Source of the DNA: Leucoraja ocellata
Lineage: Eukaryota
Direction of reading: 5' to 3'
Assembly: GCA_036785375.1 (NCBI GenBank)
Contig: JAWMAR010001270.1
Location: 248,001-312,000 of the forward strand
DNA: 64,000 nt
Below, one piece after another: positions 1 to 12,144 of this stretch. The position numbers and the translations under genes are program-made. How positions within the stretch are numbered: position 1 is the stretch's first letter; each line of letters opens with the position of its first letter. Below the pieces are notes generated by a model. It saw only the letters and a program-made list of their open reading frames with translations. It did no database searches and was not told the DNA's origin.

Positions 1-2118
1 AACTTGACTGGGGCAGGTTATTTGATGGGGAGGGAACATCGGCCAAGTGGGATGTTTTAAACGTATGCTGTAGAGAGCTCAGGGTGTGTACGTCTCCGTT
101 AGAGTGAAAGGCAAAGCAGGCAAACGTAAAGAAGCTTGGCTGACGAGGGAAATTGAGACGTTAGTCAAAAACAAGAAGGGTGCATTGGACAGGTAAAGGC
201 AGTTGGGATAAGTGCATCACTGGAGGAGTTTTGGGAAATAAGGAGCAAACTAAAAAAGGAGATCAGAAGGGCAAAAATTGGCCAGGAGATAGCTCTGGCG
301 GGTACCATAAAAGACAATCCGAAAAGATTTTGTAAAAACATAAGGGGGCAAAGGATAACCAGAGAGAAAGTGGGACCTCTCAGGAATAAAAGCGGTCACC
401 TCTGTGTGGAGCTACAGGAGATGGGTAAGGTCCTCAAAGAGTATTTCTCCTCTGCATTTACCAAGGAGAAAACAGTAGGATGGAGGAAATTGGAGCAGTT
501 ACTGGAAGTGTCATGAGAGCATCGAGGAAGTACTGTCGAGGAAGTACTAAAGGTACTGTCGTGTTTGAAGGTAGTCAAATCTCTGGGGCCTGGTCGGATA
601 TATCAGAGGACATTGCGGGAAACAAGGGAGGAAATTGCGGAGGCCCTGGATTAAATGTATGTCGTCCTTAAATACAGGAGAGGTGCCAGAGGATTGGTGG
701 GTGGCAAATGTTGTGCCTCTTTTCAAGAAGGACTGCAGGGAAAATGCTGGGAACTATAGGCTGGAGAGCTTAACATTTGTAGTTGATAAGTTACTGTAGA
801 GTATTCTGAGGGATAGGTTATACATGCATTTGGATGGGCATGGGCTGATTAGGGACAGTCAGCATGGTTTTGTACGTGGGACGTCGTGTCTCACAATCTG
901 ATTGATTGTTTTTGAAAACGTGGGCAAAAAGGTTGATGATGGCAGAGGGGTAGATGTTGTGTGCATGGATTTTAATAAGGCATTCGACAAGGTGCCGCAT
1001 GGTTGGCTGTTTTGGAAGGTTAGATCTCGTGGGATCTAAGGAGAGATAGCTGAATGGATAGTAAATTAGCTCCATGGAAGAAAATAGAATGTTAGTGGAA
1101 GATTGCTTCTCAGAATGGAGGCCAGTGACTAGTGGTGTGCCACAGGGTTCGGTGCTGGGCCCGTTACTGTTTGGCATCTACATCAATGATTTGGATGAAA
1201 ACAAACAGGGCAAGATTAGCAAGATTGCTGATGATACAAAAGTTAGTGGTTTTGCAGATAGTGAAGATGGTTATGAACGATTGCAGCAGGAACTGGGTCG
1301 CTTGGCCACGTGGGCAGAGGAATGGTTGATGGAATTTAATACAGAGAAGTTTAAGGTGTTGCATTTTGGGAAGTCGAACAAGGGCATGACCTAAACAGTA
1401 AATGCTAGTGGTGTAGAGCAGAGGGGTCTAGGAGTACAAGTGCATGGTTCCTTGAAGGTCGAATCGCAGGTGGTCAAAACGGCTTTTGGCACTTTGGCCT
1501 TCATCATTCAGAGTATTGAGTATAGACGTTGGTAGGTCATGTTGCAGTGGTATAAGACGTTGCTGAGACCACATTTAGAATATAGTGTTCAGTTCTGGGC
1601 ACCATGTTATAGGAAAGATATTGTCAATCTTGAAATGGTTCAGAAAAGATTTACGATGATGTTGCCAGGTCTAGAGAGTGTGTGGGCTATAGGGAGACGT
1701 TAAGTAGGCTGGGTCTCTATTCCATGGAGCGTTGGAGGATGAGGGGAGATCTTATAGAAGTGTACACAATTATGAGGGGAATAGATCGGGTAGATGCGCA
1801 GATTCTACCCAGAGTAGGGGAATCGAGGACCAGAGGACATAGGTTCAAGGTGAAGGGGAAAAGATTTAATAGGAATCCGAGGGGTAACATTTTCACACAG
1901 AGGGTGGAGGGTGTATGTAACAAGCTGCCAGAGGAGGTTGGGACTATCCCATCGTTTAAGAAACAGTTGGACAGGTACATGGATATGAAATGTTTGGAGG
2001 GTTATGGACCAAGCACAGGCAAGTGGGACTAGGTTAGCAGGGACATTGTTGGCCGGTGTAGGCGAGTTGGGCCGAAGGGCCTGTTTCCACACTGTATCAT
2101 TCTGTGACTGTATGACTC
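1..2118 (+). mobile_element. CR1/HER1-type LINE, degenerate ORF2 (RT) and 3' end
   Basis: ORF fragments WRPVTSGVPQGSVLGPLLF..IADDTKV and RMRGDLIEVY..SRTRGHRFKVKG, interrupted by stops and frameshifts; short repeat tail near 2100-2118. Confidence 0.9.
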
Positions 2119-2531
2119 TTCTCAGAGATGAGTGAATCTTTGTAATTCCCTACCTCGAAGCGTTGCAGATGTTTGAAAAGTGAGGATTGACATTTATAGA
2201 TTTCTGGACAGGTTGGATCACCAACAAGGACAAGGGCACCAGGTGCATGTGAACACCACGGCCTGCAGGCTGCCTTCCAAATTGCACACTAGCTTGACTT
2301 GGAAATGTATCACTCGTTGACATATAATGCAATAACAATATTGTTCATATTGGAAGCAAGATCTCCCGTTTATTTTGTACAGTGTCCATTTGCCTAATAT
2401 TGCTATTTTATTTGGATATTTTTTGTAGTACAGTGACACTTGATAAAGCTCTTTACACAAATACAATTCTATAGTTTGTTCATTCACTTGTGATAATTGT
2501 CTTATTGCTCAATTACTTTTTACGTCTGCAG

Positions 2532-2636
2532 GTTCGGCCAGCGTTGTCCTTGTCCTTCGCAATTTAGGAGGTACATTGATCATTCTACTGGTGTTGGCTA
2601 CCTTGAGAATTGTTTTTGGATCAAGCTCTGCCAAAG
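2532..2636 (+). CDS. Receptor gene 1: transmembrane exon with a charged Arg (GSASVVLVLRNLGGTLIILLVLATLRIVFGSSSAK)
   Basis: Acceptor ttttttacgtctgcag ends at 2531; donor AG|gtgaat at 2637; 105 nt, phase 1-1, open; hydrophobic stretch containing Arg, comparable to the NKp30 TM (TVLLLRAGF). Confidence 0.72.
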
Positions 2637-3572
2637 GTGAATGAAGCTTAATTCTAGAGTTCATCTTCAAATTCCCTGTAAAATGGTGCTGCGGAGAATC
2701 AAATGACGCTACGCGAATTGATGCTATTTGGCCACATTGTTAATAACAAGATCGTGAGCCCCAAACGGTACAGAATTATATCAGTTCTCCATCCCCAGAC
2801 TCACAGAGGACAACAATTCCGTCAAGTCTCCGCTATCACCAGTGTTCCAAATTCACTTGTAAAAATCCAAAAACAAAAGAGGGCATTGAAAGAGCTTAAA
2901 AAAATAAATTGTTAATCATCGTTAATATCAAGGAATACAATACCGTCTTCTAATCGAACTGTTATAAAATAATTGTTCCAATGCTGAAACGCCACATGCA
3001 GAATTGGAAGATGAGAGCGGTTGTAATTTAGATGTCGCCACTTGGAGCGGTTTCCTTCCTCAAGTTACAGCTTTGTGCAACTGTTTATCTTGGGCCAATG
3101 CATGTTGGATAAATTGATTATTTCCCAATCCTTTGATTTAAAAGTTGTCGGCACGATTACCGTTCCTTCTTTCATTTTTGTGGTCAGTCGGGACTCCGCT
3201 GAATGTTGTGATTTCTGCATCTGCCCGAATTGGTCCCCATCCCATTGTTTTTGCTTCTGAAGGGTGGAGCCCAGCCGCGGCTGATCCCTGTAAGATGAAG
3301 CGTCGGGAATGTCTTCAAAACTGATGTTCAGATAATTATTCAAAGTATCATTTAGTGGTGACTCTCTCGCCTTGACCTCGAACCCATCTGGAGACAAAGG
3401 CGACAAATCGATTTTAGTCGGGAGCACAAATTGGGCAATAGGGAATCGGCGCCCGTTAGATGTCTTGTCGGCTCATAATAAGAGTGGTGTAAGAAAATAT
3501 GTCAACATTCAAAATAACTCACGATCGCCAAATCTGCACTATAGTACCCAATTAATTTGTCTTCCTGTCTAG

Positions 3573-3668
3573 GCTCCGTGGTAAAGGTTGACCGATTGGT
3601 CGAGACATCAGAGCAAACAATGAACAGAGAGGAACATGGAAAGACCTCCGGGTATGTGATAGAAACGG
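3573..3668 (+). CDS. Receptor gene 1: cytoplasmic exon (GSVVKVDRLVETSEQTMNREEHGKTSGYVIET)
   Basis: Acceptor tttgtcttcctgtctag; donor G|gtaag at 3669; 96 nt, phase 1-1, open in the frame continuing the TM exon. An alternative donor gtatgt exists at 3652. Confidence 0.62.
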
Positions 3669-3739
3669 GTAAGAACGCTAGGGGACTTATCACAATAATT
3701 CAGTTGATATAAACTTTAAATGTTTTGTTTCTTTAACAG

Positions 3740-3759
3740 ATCGTGCTAGAAACGGCTGA
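3740..3759 (+). CDS. Receptor gene 1: last coding exon (DRARNG*)
   Basis: Acceptor tgttttgtttctttaacag after a 71-nt intron; TGA at 3757-3759; AATAAA at 3896-3901. Confidence 0.55.
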
Positions 3760-4419
3760 CTGAATCTAAGCGTATTATACTGAAAATTGCACTATTTACT
3801 CAAAACCGGACCACCGTCTCAGTCTTAAAAGCTGCATTTGGCCGAGTAATTCCAGCTTTGTTCAGGGAGGCGAGTCTTGATTTTACAAAGATCTGAATAA
3901 AATTATGCATCCTGGTGTTGTTGTTGAAAGGCCAGATCCCAATTCCGAATTGATGTCCAGCTCTTCTGTATCCTTCATCAGAAAGAAAATCGCTTCCATC
4001 TGCCATTGAGAGCCTCTTTACATTGCGCGAGGGGCGGGCTCCACCTTGTGGCTTCATCGAAGTACTACAGACTTTGTCAATCCGTTCTGCAATTTAGCAT
4101 CATGTCCTTCTTCCATCTGGGCGGTGCCTCCAGCACCTGAATATTGCGCTCTCCCATCATTCCATAACCTCAGCATGCCTGAGGCTGATGAGTTAAGTCA
4201 CCATGACTCCGATGTCTGCAACCCGCCTGCCTGATAACCACAAACGTTGAATCCAAATTAATCAGTGCAGAATATTTCACAAAGGAAGCAAAGGTTATAA
4301 ACTTAATCCACTGCTCAAAACATATATTGGACAAGTTAATTCCGGACAAATCGTTGTCAATTAATTTTTTTATCAATATGCGAAATTAGATCTGATATAA
4401 AGATACTGGTAACTATTAG

Positions 4420-4787
4420 AAACATAGAAAATAGGTGCAGGAGTAGGCCATTCGACCCTTCGAGCCTGCACTGCCATTCAATATGATCATGACTGATCAT
4501 CCAACTCAGTATCCTGTACCTGCCTTCTCTCCATACCCCCTGATCCCTTTAGCCACAAGGGCCACATCTAACTCCCTCTTAAATATAGCCAATGAACTGG
4601 CCTCAAATACCTTCTGTGGCAGAGAATTCCAGAGATTCACCACTCTGTGTGAAAAATGTTTTTCTCATCTCGGTCCTAAAAGATTTCCCCCTTATCCTTA
4701 AACTGTGACCTCTTGTTCTGGACTTCCCCAACATCGGGAACAATCTTCCTGCATCTAGCCTGTCCAACCTCTTAAGAATTTTGTAAG
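4420..4787 (-). mobile_element. Young 5'-truncated CR1/HER1 3' fragment with 7-bp TSD
   Basis: CTATTAG duplicated at 4413-4419 and 4788-4794; near-identical to the copy at 48950-49371. Confidence 0.85.
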
Positions 4788-4925
4788 CTATTAGTTTGCA
4801 TCTATTTGAATTTGTATATTTTTTTCAGTCCCTTTCTTCCAGAAAGATATATAAATGCAAAACTGGCATAAACTTCAAATGTGGCATGAAATAAACTACG
4901 AGAGTAGAAAAAATAAACTGTCTAT

Positions 4926-5530
4926 ATATAACCATATAACAATTACAGCACAGAAACAGGCCATCTCGACCCTTCTAGTCCGGCTGAACACGTATTCTCC
5001 CCTAGTCCCATATACTTGTGCTCAGACTATAACCCTCCATTCCTTTCCCATCCATATAACTATCCAATTTATTTTTAAATGATAAAAACGAACCTGCCTC
5101 CACCACCTTCACTGGAAGCTCATTCCACACAGCCACCACTCTCTGAATAAAGAAGTTCCCCCTCATGTTACCCCTAAACTTCTGTCCCTTAATTCTCAAG
5201 TCATGCCCCCTTGTTTGAATCTTCCCTACTCTCAGTGGGAAAAGCTTATCCACGTCAACTCTGTCTATCCCTCTCATCATTTTAAAGACCTCTATCGTCC
5301 CCCCTTAACCTTCTGCGCTCCAAAGAATAAAGCCCTAACTTGTTCAACCTTTCTCTGTAACTTAGTTGCTGAAACCTAGGCAACATTCTAGTAAATCTCC
5401 TCTGTACTCTCTCTATTTTGTTGACATCCTTCCTAAAACTAGGCGACCAAAATTGTACACCATACTCCAGAATTGGCCTCACCAATGCCTTGTACAATTT
5501 TAACATTACATCCCAACTTCTATACTCTAT
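4926..5530 (-). mobile_element. CR1 LINE 3' fragment (second subfamily)
   Basis: ORFs LYKALVRPILEYGVQFWSP..KIERVQRRFTRMLP and TRGHDLRIKG..FFIQRVVAVWNELP; near-identical copy at about 38604-38884. Confidence 0.9.
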
Positions 5531-7599
5531 GATCTTGAGTGAAAAGAGTTATGCCTGAAATTTTTTTCAAGTTCAAAGGGTGTAATCTATTATTCACTGG
5601 TGTTTATTAGATCTAATTTTATGCCAGATTTAACTCATTCTAAATTTTAAATTTCTTCCACAAAATGATATCGGCAAGAAATTAATTCTTAGAATATAGT
5701 TTTGAGCAATTAATCGGTTTTAAAGATATTGAGTCTTTATTAAATATGCTCTATCAGTTTGTCTGAATTTATGACAATGATGTAACAGATAAGTTGTAAC
5801 TTAACCATGTTATGCATTGGCATCACTTTTGTAATAGAATCCCTTGATGTTGACCTTTTCAACTGCAAATTAAATGAAATTGGATGGAAATTGAAAACAT
5901 AAACAAGCCATAATCAAATGCAACAAAATGTTTGTAGTTCTCAATGTCAGATTTGTTTAAATCTAAAGGTAAATGAAGTAAAATTCAGGAATTAAATACA
6001 CTTACAAGAATGACCATTTAATAACTAATTAGTTTTTGATTTAGATAGGTATGAGGCGGTACTTTTTAAAAGAATACATAAATTGCTCAGGCAATTTGAA
6101 ATGACTCTCCTCCTGACAGCCTATCCACAATCTAAGAGCATGCCAAAGCTTAACCTACTTGCCTGGATAAATCAAACTCCAAAAACATTGAAGAAGTTCA
6201 ACACCATCCTTGATCAGTTTCCCATCTACCAACCTAATCTGCACCATGGCATCAGGGTCTGGCAACCATCCTAACTTAAAAATATGCTGTTTTTCATCAT
6301 CAGGTTTACTTCTAAATCTGAGTGCTTCCTTCCCAATTGCATTGGGGGAGTTCATTCACATGAAGGAATGCAGTAATTCAAGCCTGTGGATAATGTCCAT
6401 CTTCTCAGGGCAACGTGGTACGGACAATAAATGCTGGATTCGTTGATGTTGCCCACACTCCTGGAAAGATAAACACCAAATAATACCCAGTTATTGGATG
6501 AGTAAGATGTTTGGGAGCATTAATACACAAATCTATGAAGAGAGATTAACGGGGCCATATAAAAAGAACATGGCACCGTTCATTTTTACTCAGAATTGAA
6601 AAGCAGAAAAGAATAAGGTAAGTGGATTGAACTGCAGTACAGTGTACAAAATGAGGCAATTCTTATCCAGAAATAAAACATTGATTCGGGCTGGTCTGTA
6701 TGGATAAACAATGTAATTGAGTGGCCTAATAGAAGTTTTAAGGTTTGACAGAGTAGACGTTTACCCTATCTATTCCCTTCATGATCATATATCTGTATAA
6801 GATCACTCCTCATTCTCCTGCGCTCCAAGGAATAAAGTTCTAACCTGCTCAATCTCCCCAGTCTACTTCTGGCAACATCCTCGTAAATCGTCTCTGCACC
6901 AATAACATTCCCTACAATAGGATGACGAAAACTGAAGACAATATTCCAAATGTGGCCTCACTAATGTCTTGAGCAACTGCAACCTAACTAAGCAACTGTA
7001 ACTGAGGAATTATTTAATTACGGTGTAAAATTGGTAGGTCATCTTCCATGATTTCCCCTTCAAGTGAAAGATCACCACTCCTGGATAGGAAGTAGCTGAA
7101 GGAATTGCAATATATTTCCATCAACGTGGTCCACTGCAGCTATGATGCAACAGTAATGGAGACTATTTATTTTATGTTGGTGAATCGGTACCAATGAGAA
7201 GGGTTTCTTTATCCTGAATAATGTTGTGCTTCTTGAGTATTTTTTAGAGCTAAATGTATCCACGTAAATAATAAATATGCTCCACCGAGTGTCATGAACA
7301 AGAACATGGAAGGAAAAACATAAAATGCAGATAGGTTTTGCCTGGAAGACAGTGGGAGCATAAAGCACTGAAACATGTGAGTAAGCATGTGCTGTTTATG
7401 TGCGCCTTTGGTGTACAATGTACAGTTCTGATCACACCACATCATGATTTATAATTTGATCAGAAGCATAAATAGGACAATAGTCAGTCATTTTCCTTCA
7501 CCAGGAGAGTCTGGAATTAAAGAGCATTGTTTAAGCTGACACAGGATAAATTGAAAGGAGAAATGAGAGACAGTTTTATTTCCATGGTTGTGTGGAATT

Positions 7600-9000
7600 A
7601 ATTTCCAAGGCAGTCAGAAATGTAGCTTTCCACCACTACCACTGTCTACTTTCACCATGCCAATTTTAGATGCAATTAGCCAACAATGTAAGGTGTGTCC
7701 AGTATGTCTTAATCTTCTGAACCAGCCTGCGATGTGAAACCATGTCAAACGTCAAAAAAATGCCTACAATCCCGCCTTGATGAATCTGTTTAGTAGTTGC
7801 CTCATAAAGCTCAATCAAATTAGTGAGGCAGGATTTACCCCCGCACAAAGATCTACTGACTATCCCTAATAAATACCTGAATTATCAAATTTACATAAAT
7901 CATATCTCTTAAGACCTTCCTCATTAATTTCCCTCATTAATGAAGTAAGGCACAACAGTTGTAATTACTTGGCATATCTTTGGTGCTCTTCTTAAGTGAA
8001 AGAATAGTAGTTATCCTTCCCTGTTTTGGCATGTCACCTTTGAAGAATGAAGGTACTGAAACCTCTGCCTGGGCCACATGTATCTCCTGCCTTGCCATCT
8101 TTCCTTTCACCTTAATTGGAACTTGCTGAATCTGAAGTCTGGTTAATTGTCCCTTAAAAGACTTCCACTTGTCAGTTTTACCCACAAGCATCTGTGCCCA
8201 GTCTACATTCATCAATTTCTAGTTATGCTATTGAAACAAGCCTTTCTCAAATTTAAGGAACAGCCTGATCCCTTTGCATAAATAACTTGAACATTTCTGA
8301 ATTTTCACTGTTCTAAAAGTCTCGCTCCACCAACATTTCCACCACCTACCCAGTGCTTTCCTGATAATGTCGAGCATCGTACTGACTCATATCTGACAGG
8401 ACCAATAATATATTGGCTCTCAAAATGTGTGGTACAAACTTAACAAATTTCTCTCCATCTAAACCCGTGACAATCAGGACAATCCAGTTAAGATTGAGCA
8501 TATAAAAATGCCCACTATAACAAACTTTGGCGGCTTGCTTACATACCTGTTCCAGTCATTTTTCCTGACTACTGGGAAGTCTATCTTATAACTTTGGCAA
8601 AGTGATCGTTCCTCTCTTTTTCCCAAATTCGATCCATAAGGCCTCATTGGATGAACCCTCCAGGATACCCTTCCAAAGGGTTAATTATTTTCTGCCTAAC
8701 AGGCAATGCAAACGTACCCCCCTGCTCTTCTGCAGTACTCTTTCTCACACCTGAAGGTTGTATAACTTGGAACATTAAGTTGCCAGTCTTGTCCTTCCCT
8801 CTTCCCTCAACTATGTGATTGCAGTAAAGTCATCATTCCAAGTTCTGACACATGCTCTAATGTCAACTGACTTGTCAGTGAGACACCTTGCATTAAAGTA
8901 AATGCTGTTGAGCCTGCTAAGCCTCCTCGGCTTGCGAACCTGCCACCCTCTACTCTGCCCTTGGGACTTGCTTGATTTGTCCTGCACAAATTTCACCTCA
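7600..9000 (-). mobile_element. Old degenerate CR1 LINE fragments (endonuclease/RT)
   Basis: KSCLTNLIE..FDMVSHRRLVQKIK and LNSIYFNAR..AIT motifs; boundaries approximate. Confidence 0.7.
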
Positions 9001-11218
9001 GTTGTTGCATTGGTTCCATGCTTCCACCGATCTTCTCCCTTCCCATGTTTGTTTAAACACTTCTAAGTAGCTTGAATAATCCTCTCTTCTCTGATCTTCG
9101 TTCCCTTCCAGTTTAGATCAATCAATGTTTCCTATACAGATCCCACGCATGAATCCTGAGATAGGACTCATGAAGTAATTTTTTTTAAACATTTGTGGAA
9201 CTCCCTAAACTCACTTTGCAAGACCTTTATCTTCCCGTAAAGCACGTTCTGTGTATTTTCTTTAAATGGTTTGAAGATGTTGTGTCAATGAAAGTTGGTG
9301 TTTTCTGAGAAAACATCGCAGTAAAACGTATACGTTTAAATAAATGTGTGTATGTGTGTATCTAAATCTGTGCATGCGTGCGTGCTTATCAGCCTTCTTT
9401 TCAATTTATTCTCGTCCTTTGTAAATGTCTATTTTTGCTTCTTGTTCCATTGCGATTGGAAAGGGTACGTCCTCTGGAAGGAAATTTAAAAAAGACTAAC
9501 AGTGCTGGAGTAACTCTGTGGATCAGATGTGTAGGTGAAGTTTCGAGTCGAGACCTCTCTTCAAACTTCAGCTTTCTGTATGTAATTCGCTGTAGCCAGA
9601 GCACGCACATTTGCAACTTCTCTATAAAAAGATGATATAGCCAATGAACCCCCATAAATACATTCATAGCTCGAACTAAGAGTAAGTAACCCATAAGAAT
9701 AATGCACCTTGAATCTGCTGGTGACATCATGGAAACTCGTTGTGGTCAAAGTGTACGATGATCTGAAGTTGCAAACTGCTTGCGGTATCCAATTTGACGC
9801 TGAAGTGGAAGAAGTCTAATTTGAGTAATTTATTTGAGACCCTGTTTCTGATACCAAAATATTTGCTCTGCGAGTTTTATGTTTGGTAATTGCGCGCTGT
9901 GTACATTCTGGAAAAAAGAAATACGAAACAATTATCTTGATATCAATTCAAAACAAGTTTTAAAGTTGCCAATCTTTCTATTGCAACGTAGAAGGACAAA
10001 CCACTTATTGTTTCATTGGCAATCATTATAAAATTGATAACTGGATAAATATCATGCCATTCCCCTGTATTGTCGGTTACGACAAGAGAGGGGCATTTCA
10101 AAACACTGAAGTAATTTCAGCTGAAAACAAATCTGAAATAATTTGTTGGTTAATATGCTTGCAAGAAGAGATGAGCCGCTTAACAAAGAAAACAACTAGT
10201 GAAACACGAGGGAACACGTGTTTTAAATCTGCTTTTGGTCCCAGAGCACTTTATTGTTATCGAACATGTTGTCATTACTGTAAACAGTAGAGGGTTGAAT
10301 TAACAAGTTTACAAAGCTTCGCATCCAGATAGGGTAATAAAACGAAATGGAAAAAAAGCCAAATCTACATCTTCCCCTAAATAAGACAAAACGTTCATAT
10401 TTTTGACAGAATCAAGTCAGGTTTGACGGAATCAAGTGTATCCCTGGAAGAGTTTCGGGAACTAAGGAGTAAGCTAAAAAAATGAAATTGCAAGGGCAAA
10501 AAGGGGACAGGAATTATCCCTGGCAGATAGCATTAAGGATAATCCCAATAGATTTTATAAGTACATCAAGGGAAAAAGGGGGGACCAGAGCGTGTGGGAT
10601 CCATAAGGAATCAAAGGGTTAACTCTGGTAGAGCCACATGAGATGGGCAATGTCCTCAATGAGTATTTCTATTTTTTTAGCCATGGAGAAAGACAGGAGA
10701 ACTGAGGAACTTGGGACAGTCACTGGAAGTATCTTGAGAGCAGTCAATATTATGGTTGAAGAGGTGCTGGATATCGTGAAGCGTATGAAGGTAGACAAAT
10801 CTCCCAGGCCTGAGCACATATATCCGAGGACTCTGGGAAGCTAGAGAGAAAATTGCAGGACCCTGGCGGAGATTTATGAATCGTCAAGGTGTCCAAAGAC
10901 TAGAGGGTGGCAAATGTTGTGCTTTATTCAAGAAGGGTGGCAGGGAAAAGGCTGGGAACTACAGGCGAGTGAGCTTATCATCCGTGGTTGGTAAATTGCT
11001 GGAGATTATTCTGAGGGATAGGATAGAAATGCATCTAGATGGACGTGGGATGATTAGCGAAAGTCAACATTGTATAGGCAGTGAAGATGGTTATCAAAAA
11101 ATTACAGCAGGATCTTGATCAGTTGGTCAAGTGGGCTGAAAAATGGTTGATGGAATTTAATATAAATGCGGGGTGGTACATTTTGGGAAGACTAACATGG
11201 GCAAGACCTACATAGTGC

Positions 11219-11747
11219 AAGAGTAAGAGTAAGAGTAAGAGTATATTTAATTGTCATTTGGACCCCTGGAGGTCCAAATGAAATGCCGTTTCTGCAGCCA
11301 TACATTACACACAAATAGACCCCAGACACAACATAATTACATTTTACATAAACATCCATCACATAGCTGTGATGGAAGGCCAAATAAACTTATCTCTCCA
11401 CTGCACTCTCTCCCCCCCCGATGTCAGAGTCAAAGTCAAAGCCCCCGGCTGGCGATGGCGATTGTCCCGCGGCCATTAAAGCCACGCCGGGTGGTGCGAG
11501 GTCGCACACCGGGTCTTGATGTTGGAGCCCCCGGTGTGCGCTCGCAAAGTCCCGCATTCCAAGCCGCGCGGGGCAGTGGTGTTAGGCCCCGCTCCAGGAG
11601 CTCTTCGACCCCGCAACTCGGGCGGGAGAAGTCGCCGTTGCAGGAGCCCCGAAAAGCGGTCTCCCCCCAGGGAGCCACGGGCTCCCGGCGCCGCCGTCCG
11701 CAGGCATGCAGCAGCAGCCTCCGACTCAGCAGCAGCAGCAGCAGCGG

Positions 11748-11781
<34 letters not shown>

Positions 11782-12144
11782 GGCAGCGCTCCTCCACCGC
11801 TCCACCCGCTCCGGTCTCGGCCAGCTCCGCGACGGTGAGGTGAGTCGGCACCTGAGTCCCCGGCTTCTTCCTGTTGGAGGCCGCGCCTCGTTGCGGCCCC
11901 AACGACAGCTGAGACCCGACGAGAAAAGGTCGGGTCTCCAGTGCAGGGAGAGATTCAAAAGTTTCCCCCCCCCTCCCACCCCACCCCCACCCCCCCCCCA
12001 CACACACACCCCAACATAAAATAACAAAAACTACATATAAACATAGACAAAAAATAATAAAAACGCGGACAGGCTGCAGAGGCCGCTGCTGACCAGAGTC
12101 GCGCCGCCTACCAAATGACATAGTTTTAAGGTGAGGGGGGAAAG
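11219..12144 (-). mobile_element. GC-rich non-autonomous retroposon (SINE-like) with (ACTCTT)n tail, internal CAG/CTG tract and 7-bp TSD
   Basis: (AAGAGT)x4 at 11219-11242; TSD ATAGTGC at 11212-11218 and 12145-12151; splits a CR1. Confidence 0.75.
11708..11787. repeat. Imperfect (CAG)n trinucleotide tract
   Basis: gcagcagcag... directly visible; explains the poly-S/A/L/C ORFs. Confidence 0.95.

Noticed and set aside
3065-4376. Chain of - strand ORFs (63-120 aa) that could suggest an endogenous viral element
   Set aside because: No recognisable viral motifs; the region is better explained as introns, exons and 3' UTR of the + strand receptor gene
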